In this document: positions 24,874 through 32,000 of the stretch, in pieces | How the letters are laid out: the number at the start of each line of letters is the position of its first letter | How positions within the stretch are numbered: position 1 is the first letter of the stretch | Source of the DNA: an uncultured delta proteobacterium | Lineage (GTDB): Bacteria; Desulfobacterota; Syntrophobacteria; Syntrophobacterales; Syntrophobacteraceae | Assembly: GCA_963822045.1 (NCBI GenBank) | Contig: CAWGGE010000001.1 | Location: 5,385,231-5,417,230 of the forward strand | Length of the DNA: 32,000 nt | Direction of reading: 5' to 3' | The notes under the pieces: generated by a model | What the model was told of the DNA's origin: nothing | Database searches by the model: none | The model's input: only the letters and a program-made list of their open reading frames with translations | Translations under genes and position numbers: made by a program

Positions 24874-25182
24874 ATGGCTGAAAAACTTGGCATTTTCGTG
24901 TCCTCCGACAAGAGTTTACGCCATGTCATTGAAACGGCGAAAGCTGCCGAAAGAGCCGGCAAAGAGGTAATTGTCTTCTTCACACATAAGGGGATTTTTC
25001 TCACCCAGGAGCCCGAGTTTGAGGAATTGACCGGCCATGCAGAGTACTCCGTGTGCAATGTCGGCTGGGAGGCCAATGGATTGAAAGGGAAAACAGTCCC
25101 CGGAATGGATTCAAAGGGATTTGGCACACAAGCCCGGCACGGAGAGATAATTGAAGACTGTGACAAATATCTGGTCCTTTAA
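24874..25182 (+). CDS. DsrE-like small sulfur-relay protein
   Basis: A 102-aa protein with a DsrE-fold pattern: LGIFVSSDK, EVIVFFTHKGIF, and a conserved-position Cys in YSVCNVGWEANGL. Confidence 0.65.
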   Translation: MAEKLGIFVSSDKSLRHVIETAKAAERAGKEVIVFFTHKGIFLTQEPEFEELTGHAEYSVCNVGWEANGLKGKTVPGMDSKGFGTQARHGEIIEDCDKYLVL

Positions 25183-25253
25183 CAGGTTCAAGAGCTGAAT
25201 TGTTTTGGCGGCTGATGATTTTTTCGGCGGGTTAAAGTTATCGGGGGAGAGAC

Positions 25254-25535
25254 ATGAATAAAGTTGCGTTTCTCGTTCATTCAAAAGAGGAGTTGTGGGA
25301 GGGGCTTCGCTCGAGCCTCGGTCTGATCGTTGAGAACAATGATGTGATCATGGCTGTCCTGGACCAGGAAGTGGAGATGACTCCTGAGTTTAGAGAAAAT
25401 CTAGACTGGTTTCTCGAAATGGAGGGAAAGATCTACTCGAATCGCGCGGCCAATCAGGAACACGGGTTTGAGCTGATAACCATCGAAGGGCTGGGCGAAA
25501 AACTCAAGGGAATGGATTTTATCGTTCCCTTTTAA
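25254..25535 (+). CDS. DsrE/DsrF-fold-like conserved hypothetical protein (no Cys)
   Basis: A 93-aa protein with an alpha/beta pattern (KVAFLVHS...DVIMAVLDQ...GKIYSN...DFIVPF). By position it is the fourth gene of the YedE-TusA-DsrE operon. Confidence 0.5.
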   Translation: MNKVAFLVHSKEELWEGLRSSLGLIVENNDVIMAVLDQEVEMTPEFRENLDWFLEMEGKIYSNRAANQEHGFELITIEGLGEKLKGMDFIVPF

Positions 25536-25584
25536 GGTGCTCCAATATACTCGGGAGCAATCCAAAACAGGCCAGGAGTAGGTA

Positions 25585-25758
25585 ATGAAACTCTTACAGG
25601 TGTTCCGTTCCGAACCAAGTCCGGATGTGCTCAAATTGGCGGATATCATCTCTGAGGGTAATGAGACCATCCGCATCGACCTATTCCAAGGGGATGTCGA
25701 TTATGATCGACTGGTGGAGTTGATATTCACTTGCGATAAGACCGTAAGTTGGTGGTAA
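25585..25758 (+). CDS. 57-aa DsrH/TusB-like mini-protein (below the ORF-track length cutoff)
   Basis: The RBS AGGAG (25574-25578) precedes the ATG at 25585. The sequence is MKLLQVFRSEPSPDVLKLADIISEGNETIRIDLFQGDVDYDRLVELIFTCDKTVSWW. Its ends resemble TusB/DsrH (MLHTLHRSP... and ...IDYTDFVRLTVKHPSQMAW, recalled from E. coli TusB), but the middle is missing. Confidence 0.5.
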   Translation: MKLLQVFRSEPSPDVLKLADIISEGNETIRIDLFQGDVDYDRLVELIFTCDKTVSWW

Positions 25759-25859
25759 GGGCCACGACGAAATTGCACGACCTGCACTTTTTGATATGTG
25801 ATGAGTGCTTGAATTTCAGTTCAGAAGAAACTCAAGCGGCTGTTTAACGAGCTTTTTCG

Positions 25860-25888
25860 GATCCCGCTTCTGCGGGATCTTTAATTTT
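25860..25888 (+). terminator. intrinsic terminator after the sulfur-relay operon
   Basis: The stem is gatcccgc (25860-25867) pairing with gcgggatc (25872-25879). The loop is ttct, followed by tttaatttt. Confidence 0.6.
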
Positions 25889-25920
25889 GAGATCTTCATT
25901 TTTTGGAAGGAGAACAATAA

Positions 25921-26349
25921 ATGGTTTTCTGCCGAGGTGGAGAAGATGCTTTCTGTAGTTTTGTAACGGATGGTACTCACGAGTTGCTTTGCGATATTCC
26001 AGTTGACCGTGGAGGAAGAGACACCGGTTTTAGGCCGTCTACGCTCATCGAGGGGGCATTGGCAGCCTGTGTCAACATCACATTGAGACATTACGCCCAG
26101 ACCAGGGGAACCAAGCTGTCGGATGTCGTGGTTAGAGTTTCGATGAACAATCAAGATCCGAAAAAGATCTTAATGGAGCAGCAAGTCCAGCTTATCGGAG
26201 ACCTGAGCGAAAAGGAAAGAGAGGATCTTCTCCAAGTTGCCGAACGATGCCCTGTCAATAAGATCCTGTCCGGCGAATTCGCGTTTGTCCTGGAGGAATC
26301 GCGCTCGGATATCAAATTGGAACCGGCGCCAAAGAAGATTTTTGAATAG
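25921..26349 (+). CDS. OsmC/Ohr-family peroxiredoxin-like protein
   Basis: The pattern is RPSTLIEGALAACVNITL...VAERCPVNKIL, the two conserved Cys contexts of the OsmC family. The RBS GGAAGGAG precedes the start. Confidence 0.75.
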   Translation: MVFCRGGEDAFCSFVTDGTHELLCDIPVDRGGRDTGFRPSTLIEGALAACVNITLRHYAQTRGTKLSDVVVRVSMNNQDPKKILMEQQVQLIGDLSEKEREDLLQVAERCPVNKILSGEFAFVLEESRSDIKLEPAPKKIFE

Positions 26350-26504
26350 TGGGTAGTGGGTGGTGAATCGTGAATGACGGTTTAAAAAGGAAAAGTAATG
26401 CGGGCCTAGTCTGTTTAGCTGGTTCATGGTAACATCATCTGCACCTTGTCAAATTGACGTTCTTTAAATCTTGACCTCTCAGGGCGAGAAGGATCGACGG
26501 GTCT

Positions 26505-28658
26505 ATGAGTTATTTCTCGCGCTTAAGGCTACGTGGCCGCTTGATATGTCTTGTGCTCCTTGCCGCTCTTCCACTGCTTGGAATGACACTGTTCACCGCC
26601 AGTGAAGATCATCGCATGGAAAAGCTCCAGGTGGAAGCGGACACTCTTCGCGCCACAAGGCTTGCCGCGGGGGATATCGCCCAAGTTATCGAGGGGGCTC
26701 GTCAACTTCTGATCGGTCTTGCTGAAATGCCCGAAGTGCAACGAGGAAACTCAGTCGCCTGCAGTGAGCTTTTTACTAATCTTTTGAACCAATATCCTTA
26801 CTACGTCAATCTTGGCACCATTGACTCCGATGGAAACATCATCTGCAGCGGACTGCAGCCCGAAGAGCGTGTCAATCTGTCGCAACATGCTTATATTCGA
26901 CGCGCTTTCGCAACGCGTAGATTTGTCATCAGCGGTTATCAGATTGAAGCGATAACCGGCATTCCCGTAATGACCTTTGTCCACCCCGTTCAAAATGGTT
27001 CAGGCCCTGTGAAATCTGCCGTCTTTGCCTCATTGGACCTGGGCTGGTTCAGGAAGCTCGAACTCGAGACCCAATTGCCTCTGGGAGCTGAACTTCTTGT
27101 TCTTGACTATAACGGAGCGGTGCTTGCCCGTTATCCGTTCGCAAGAAAATGGGTAGGAGAGTTGATGCCGGCAGAACTTGTCGTACTTGCCGGCATGGGC
27201 GAAGGCCAGCATTCACTCGTGAGTTTAGCCGGCTTGGATTCTACCCAGCGGTTATATGGAATCACCACGATACGTGCAGCTTATGAAACGGACCTGTATG
27301 TCAGCCTTGGAGTTTCCGAGGAAGCCGTCTTAAGCCGGCTGAGCTGGCTGTATTTTAGAAACATCGCCGGAGTTGGTGTGGTAACTGTGCTTGCGCTGCT
27401 CGCAGCCTGGTTCGGTGGAGAGGTATTCATCTTGCGCAGGGTGAAACAGCTCGTGAATGCAACTAGACAGTTGGCTTCGGGAGATCTTGGTGTTCGCATA
27501 GGGCCGCTTAAAGAAAAGGATGAACTCAGCATGCTGGCCGGCTCTTTTGACGATATGGCTGAATCGCTCGAACAGAGAACCCGGCAGGCACAAAGGGCGG
27601 AGACCTGGTATCGGACCCTGGTCGAACAAATTCCGATGATCACCTATATAGCCCCTCTGGACAGGGCCAAGGGCCTTCTTTACGTAAGCCCTCAAATCGA
27701 AATGATTCTTGGATTTTCGCCCGAAGAATGGATACAGGACCCCGAACTCTGGCTGAAACAGCTCCATCACGGAGATTGCGAGCGTGTGCTGGCAAAAGTT
27801 TATGGGAATTACCCCGAGATTGTGGATGCCGGATTTGTATGCGAATATAGAATTCGGGCCAAAGATGGGCGTATTGTTTGGTTTCGTGATGAGGCCATTT
27901 TGGTGTCGGACGAGCTCGACCAACCGTTTCTGCAGGGTATTATGCTGGATATAACGCAGAGCAAACATGCCGAGGAGCAACTGAAGAATTCTCACGAACA
28001 ACTGCGTGGGTTTGCTGAACACGTTGAGTCTGTGCGTGAAGAGGAACGTGCCTGGATTGCCCGTGAGATTCACGATGAACTCGGGCAGATTCTTACCGGT
28101 TTGAAAATAGACATCTCATGGCTGGATAAAAAGTTGACCAGTATCTGCAGCGGGGATCCGAATCATGTTCTTTCAATGAAGACGAGGTCAATGAAGGAAC
28201 TGATTGATACAACCATTCAAAGCGTAAGAAAAATCAGTACGAGATTGAGGCCCGGAATACTCGACGATTTGGGTCTGCTGGCGGCCGTTGAATGGCAGGC
28301 ATCTGAATATCAGACCAGGATGGGAATTAAATTCGAGGTTATATCCAATATAGATGGGATGGAGTTGGATGAAAGGCGATCTTCCGCTGTCTTTCGGATT
28401 TTTCAAGAACTCCTGACAAATATTGCCCGGCATGCGAACGCAACGAAGGTCTCCATAAGCTTGAAAGAAAGGGGTGCAACCCTGATACTCAAGGTAAGAG
28501 ACAATGGCAGGGGCATTACGGAAAAAGAGAGTGATAATGTGAAATCGCTCGGAATATTGGGTATGCGCGAGCGTGCTTTGCTATTGGGCGGCAAGTTCAG
28601 CATCAAAGGCATGCCGGGCGATGGCACAAGGGCTACCGTTAAAATCCCCATAGCTTGA
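26505..28658 (+). CDS. sensor histidine kinase: periplasmic Cache-like domain, TM, HAMP, PAS, HisKA_3, HATPase_c
   Basis: It has an N-terminal TM helix and a periplasmic domain of about 260 aa (YYVNLGTIDSDGNIICSG, Cache-like). A second TM helix is followed by HAMP (LASGDLGVRIGPLKEKDELSMLAGSFDDMAESL). Then come a PAS domain (YRTLVEQIPMITYI...) and an H-box, REIHDELGQILTGLK (NarX/DesK type). The ATP-binding motifs are LLTNIARHANA and DNGRGI...GILGMRERA. Confidence 0.9.
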   Translation: MSYFSRLRLRGRLICLVLLAALPLLGMTLFTASEDHRMEKLQVEADTLRATRLAAGDIAQVIEGARQLLIGLAEMPEVQRGNSVACSELFTNLLNQYPYYVNLGTIDSDGNIICSGLQPEERVNLSQHAYIRRAFATRRFVISGYQIEAITGIPVMTFVHPVQNGSGPVKSAVFASLDLGWFRKLELETQLPLGAELLVLDYNGAVLARYPFARKWVGELMPAELVVLAGMGEGQHSLVSLAGLDSTQRLYGITTIRAAYETDLYVSLGVSEEAVLSRLSWLYFRNIAGVGVVTVLALLAAWFGGEVFILRRVKQLVNATRQLASGDLGVRIGPLKEKDELSMLAGSFDDMAESLEQRTRQAQRAETWYRTLVEQIPMITYIAPLDRAKGLLYVSPQIEMILGFSPEEWIQDPELWLKQLHHGDCERVLAKVYGNYPEIVDAGFVCEYRIRAKDGRIVWFRDEAILVSDELDQPFLQGIMLDITQSKHAEEQLKNSHEQLRGFAEHVESVREEERAWIAREIHDELGQILTGLKIDISWLDKKLTSICSGDPNHVLSMKTRSMKELIDTTIQSVRKISTRLRPGILDDLGLLAAVEWQASEYQTRMGIKFEVISNIDGMELDERRSSAVFRIFQELLTNIARHANATKVSISLKERGATLILKVRDNGRGITEKESDNVKSLGILGMRERALLLGGKFSIKGMPGDGTRATVKIPIA

Positions 28659-28785
28659 TTGAGGGCATGCAACGGGATTCATGCAGGGGATGTGATGCGG
28701 CGCAGTTCCGGCCCCGGATGTTTTAATCGATAGAGTGTCATGCGTTTTTTCGATTAAGAGAGCGAAGCTTGGGAGAAGCGCGATT

Positions 28786-29424
28786 ATGAAAGTTCTCATT
28801 GCCGACGATCATGCCATTGTACGACGTGGTTTGAAACTCATCCTTTCAGAAGAATTCGACAGGATTATCTTCGGCGAAGCCCGCACCGGTCAGGAGGTGC
28901 TCGACCTGGTCTGGAAGCAGGATTGGGATATCGTGGTGCTGGATATCACAATGCCGGGCAGAAGCGGGCTTGAGGTATTAAAAGAGTTGAAACAGTTGCG
29001 CCCGAAGCTGCCGGTTCTCATCTTGAGCATGCATTCGGAAGATCAGTTCGGAATGCGCGTGCTCAAAGCCGGCGCCGCCGGGTACATGACCAAGGAGAAT
29101 GTTCCGGAGGAACTCGTTAAGGCCATTAAGAAAGTACTTGCGGGTGGAAAATATATCAGCCCCGGCCTTGCTGAACAGTTGGCATTCAATTTGGAGGAAG
29201 ACACCGGAAGACCGCCGCACGAGAAACTCTCAGATCGCGAGTACCAGGTGATGTGTATGATTGCGTCCGGACGAACGGTAAAGGAGATAGCCGATGAGCT
29301 GGCCCTCAGCATTAAGACCATCAGCACCTATCGGACCCGGATTTTGGAAAAACTGAAAATGAAAAGCAGTGCGGAACTCACGTACTATGCGGTAAAGAAT
29401 AAGCTGGTTGATTGTGAAGTGTAA
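28786..29424 (+). CDS. NarL/FixJ-type response regulator (REC plus LuxR-type HTH)
   Basis: The sequence begins MKVLIADDH and includes IVVLDITMPGRSG (phospho-acceptor Asp) and LSMHS. The C-terminal HTH is LSDREYQVMCMIASGRTVKEIADELALSIKTISTYRTRILEKL. The track ORF begins upstream at 28735. Confidence 0.9.
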   Translation: MKVLIADDHAIVRRGLKLILSEEFDRIIFGEARTGQEVLDLVWKQDWDIVVLDITMPGRSGLEVLKELKQLRPKLPVLILSMHSEDQFGMRVLKAGAAGYMTKENVPEELVKAIKKVLAGGKYISPGLAEQLAFNLEEDTGRPPHEKLSDREYQVMCMIASGRTVKEIADELALSIKTISTYRTRILEKLKMKSSAELTYYAVKNKLVDCEV

Positions 29425-29774
29425 TACTTCACAGGTCAAGACTGACTCGCAAACTCTTCTCTCAAATTGCTCCTTTGTGGGAAGCGACGTAGGTCGAACT
29501 TGACGGATACTGGCATGAGCCATTTATGAGCCATTTTCCAATCAGCCATCGGTGGGCTGGGCGTTTCCCGATATGGCCGAACGCTACGGCTTGCGTATTT
29601 TCCTGCTTTAAACTTGGTTCTCGCGACAGGCTCGATGCTGCATGCGAAGCAAATTCTATTTGAAAAAGCCTCGGCTCTAAAATAAGATATCGAAACGCAT
29701 GAAGGGTTCCATCCTAATAAGCCACACTGGCTGTGATATTTCTAATGACCTGTTGTCCTTTTTTGGAGGCAATA

Positions 29775-30252
29775 GTGATCATCGGTGTCGACCTGGGTTC
29801 AACCAAATCGGTGGTGGGAGCTTATCAACAGAGTAGATCCTTTATAATTCCTGATTTAGCCGAGCGAACCAGCGTCCCTTCTCTCGTACTTTTAACTCCT
29901 TCAGAACAGATTTTTGTAGGCCATTCTGCTATTAATCATCCTGATTTTTTTCATAGAAAAAGCATTATCATCGGTTCGGTCAAACGACTGCTGGGCAAAC
30001 AAGGGGAAACTGGCTGGGGCTTCTCCTTCCGACATACTCTATCAGTTCAAGGACCGATGATGAAGTCGTACTAGGCTATTGGCTAACAGGGGGCGTCCAT
30101 ATTTCGGTCAAGTCATTCAAGAGACTGGACCAATAATGAGCTGGATGGGTGAAGGCCATCTCAAGGAGGTAGTCGAGGCAGCGGGGTTCGAAGTCAGGGA
30201 GCCCTCTTCGTTTGATAATCAGTTGACTAAGTTCCCGGAAGCCAGAAAATAG
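29775..30252 (+). pseudogene. eroded Hsp70/DnaK-like gene (two out-of-frame fragments)
   Basis: Fragment 1 starts at GTG 29775, after the RBS GGAGG. It reads VIIGVDLGSTKSVVGAYQQ...SVPSLVLLTPSEQIFVGHSAINHP...GSVKRLLGK, matching an Hsp70 N-terminus, and stops at 30074. Fragment 2 (frame open 30064-30252) reads ...RPYFGQVIQE...LKEVVEAAGFEVREPSS..., resembling VPAYFND...AGLEVxRxINEP. The rest of the NBD and the whole SBD are absent. Confidence 0.5.
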
Positions 30253-30696
30253 CAAGGGCGAGGCTGCAGAATGTCAAACTCACGTCTTCCAATTACCAGG
30301 GCGCCCGAAGCTGGAATCATTTTTCAATGAACACATCATTGAGATCATCCAGAATCGGGAGCGATATCATACCCTTGGGATTGGCTTTCCTCCCGCGGTC
30401 GTGTTGCACGGCCCTACTGGGTGCGGAAAAACCTTCCAACAGAAGAGGAAGTAAAGTCGCTCTTGGAGAAGATATTATTTGATTTGCCCAAGGACGAGGG
30501 GATTGATCTTGGCCCTATTTCGAAGAGACTCGCTGGCCGTCCACTCTCCGACGTCTCTTTCGTTGTCAGGGAAGGTGCGCGCTTAGCAGCTCGCTCCGGG
30601 AATGATCGGCTTGATCCGGAAAGCTTATTTACGGCATTAGCTTCTACACCCTCGCGCGCTCGTGAGGGATCATCACGTCGAATCGGGTTCAGTTGA
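30227..30696 (+). pseudogene. eroded AAA+ ATPase (Walker A fragment fused out of frame to the lid-domain fragment)
   Basis: The frame open over 30227-30454 reads ...FFNEHIIEIIQNRERYHTLGIGFPPAVVLHGPTGCGKTF and then stops. A different frame (30421-30696) reads NLPTEEEVKSLLEKILFDLPKDEGIDLGPISKRLAGRPLSDVSFVVREGARLAARSG, an AAA lid/C-domain pattern. Walker B and sensor-1 are missing, which implies an internal deletion. Confidence 0.55.
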
Positions 30697-30707
30697 GGTG
30701 TAAGGAA

Positions 30708-31967
30708 ATGGGAGTAGAAGAAGAGAACGATGGGGGAGCCACGAGAGGGTTTGCAGGACTTTCGGCTCTTATTTCCGATGTCGATGCTGAAATTGCAAAG
30801 GCAAAAGAAGCTGTCGAACACCGACCCGCCTCACCGATAACTTCCGATATTCGATCTGACTCTGGTTCACTTTATCAATCATCTGGCGGGAAGATTTCGC
30901 ACGAACCGAATCAGCAACCCCCATCCGAACCCAACTTCGTGCTCGTTGACAAGCCGTATTTCGGCGGTAGCTCACGAGGTAAGAGCGAGGGGCCGGAGAC
31001 GGGAAGCGAAAAAGCCGAATCACCGATCAGGGAACTGTGGAAAGGGATGTTGGCGATCGGTGCTACAGTCAGTATTATATGGGTCCTTGTTTATGTATCG
31101 GTAAATAAATACACCCCGGTGTCAGTGAGAACGTCTACCCCTTCCAATGTTCCCGCCAGACAGCCACAGCGGGCCGAGCCTACACAGGATACATCAGTGC
31201 CAAAACCGGAAAAGTCTGTATATGATAGTCCATTTGCGAAAAAGCTTAGAAATGCTGAGCTTAACCTAGGATTGGCATTAGAACTGAGACCACCAGTAGG
31301 CACGGACAACAAACTAAACGAGGCTCAGATTCGATATTGTCTTTCGGAAAAAATCAGGATCGATGGAGCAAAATCCTCAGTGAACCTATACATTCCTGCA
31401 GAAGTTGATCGGTTTAATGCGACGGTTGCTGACTTCAACAGCCGATGTGCTGAATTCAGTTGCCAACGAAGCACGATGGAAAGCATACAATTGGAGGTGG
31501 ATAGTAAGAGATCCACGCTGCTGGCCGATGGAGCAGGTCGATTCCAGAACATCCAAGGATCGGAACCACCATCAGAACCCACTTTAAATTATCCGAACGA
31601 TCGACAACATGCTGGACAGTCCAGCACTGCCCCTGAATCGGAATCAGTCAAAAGAAGCATTTATAATTATTACGAACTGATTCAGAGAAAAGATGTCGAT
31701 GGAGCAATGAAATGCTATTCTGCCGATAAGCTGCCACTAATAAAGAAATCCCGTATCGCTGCAATCGCAAAGGATACCGAGTATTACAAAATAGAAAATA
31801 TAAATGTTCTTTTCACAGAAGAAGCGAATAAGGCTAAGGCAATAACCTCGCTTGTTCATAAAAAATATGGGTTACAACCAGAATTATGGGAAATAACCCT
31901 GGAACTCATTAAAGAAGCCGGTGAATGGAAAATATGCGCTACGCCTGGGCATAAAATGAATCAGTAA
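30708..31967 (+). CDS. single-pass membrane protein with a disordered linker and a C-terminal NTF2/SnoaL-like domain
   Basis: ATG 30708 follows the RBS AAGGAA; the track starts at TTG 30693. The N-terminal motif is RGFAGLSALISDVD and the TM helix is MLAIGATVSIIWVLVYVSV. The C-terminus reads VKRSIYNYYELIQRKDVDGAMKCYS...AKAITSLVHKKY...WEITLELIKEAGEWKI, an NTF2-like pattern. Confidence 0.6.
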   Translation: MGVEEENDGGATRGFAGLSALISDVDAEIAKAKEAVEHRPASPITSDIRSDSGSLYQSSGGKISHEPNQQPPSEPNFVLVDKPYFGGSSRGKSEGPETGSEKAESPIRELWKGMLAIGATVSIIWVLVYVSVNKYTPVSVRTSTPSNVPARQPQRAEPTQDTSVPKPEKSVYDSPFAKKLRNAELNLGLALELRPPVGTDNKLNEAQIRYCLSEKIRIDGAKSSVNLYIPAEVDRFNATVADFNSRCAEFSCQRSTMESIQLEVDSKRSTLLADGAGRFQNIQGSEPPSEPTLNYPNDRQHAGQSSTAPESESVKRSIYNYYELIQRKDVDGAMKCYSADKLPLIKKSRIAAIAKDTEYYKIENINVLFTEEANKAKAITSLVHKKYGLQPELWEITLELIKEAGEWKICATPGHKMNQ

Positions 31968-32000
31968 CATTCGAATTTAGTAATAATTGTAAATACAATA

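Overview
The window has four compositional and functional blocks.

(i) 1-4270: about 1420 N-terminal codons of a minus-strand RHS/YD-repeat protein. It runs off the left edge, so it is absent from the ORF track.

(ii) 4263-10316: an AT-rich integrative element of about 6 kb, lying at the 3' end of a tRNA-Thr(UGU) gene (10317-10388, minus). It carries a tyrosine integrase, an AlpA/excisionase-like HTH protein and a RecA-like (RepA/AAA_25-like) ATPase. It also has a prim-pol-type Rep broken by one in-frame amber codon, two 48-bp iteron-like repeats and a nested palindrome array.

(iii) 10.6-29.4 kb: a chromosomal block rich in periplasmic, sulfur and electron-transfer functions.
- ChaN-PDZ lipoprotein, secreted rhodanese, pterin-binding methyltransferase, an unknown 197-aa protein and an SSS transporter.
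- Two tandem paralogous multiheme cytochromes c (11 CXXCH plus one CX6CH; 10 CXXCH).
- A subunit-IV-like gene on the opposite strand, a TAT-Rieske protein and a cytochrome b6-type protein.
- A small secreted low-complexity protein.
- A complete YedE-TusA-DsrE plus two small proteins operon ('YTD'-type sulfur trafficking), followed by OsmC.
- A Cache-HAMP-PAS-HisKA_3 kinase with a LuxR-type response regulator.

(iv) 29.7-32 kb: a lower-GC accessory stretch with eroded Hsp70-like and AAA+ fragments and a membrane-anchored NTF2-like protein.

The best candidate for an undescribed system is the multiheme-cytochrome/Rieske/split-cytochrome-b module (16.7-22.4 kb). It has no c1/f-type subunit and sits next to the YTD sulfur-relay operon, a rhodanese and a two-component system. 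This would fit an uncharacterised quinone-linked sulfur-compound redox (disproportionation or oxidation) module, but that link is inference only. All calls come from reading the sequence and motif memory; no database search was possible.
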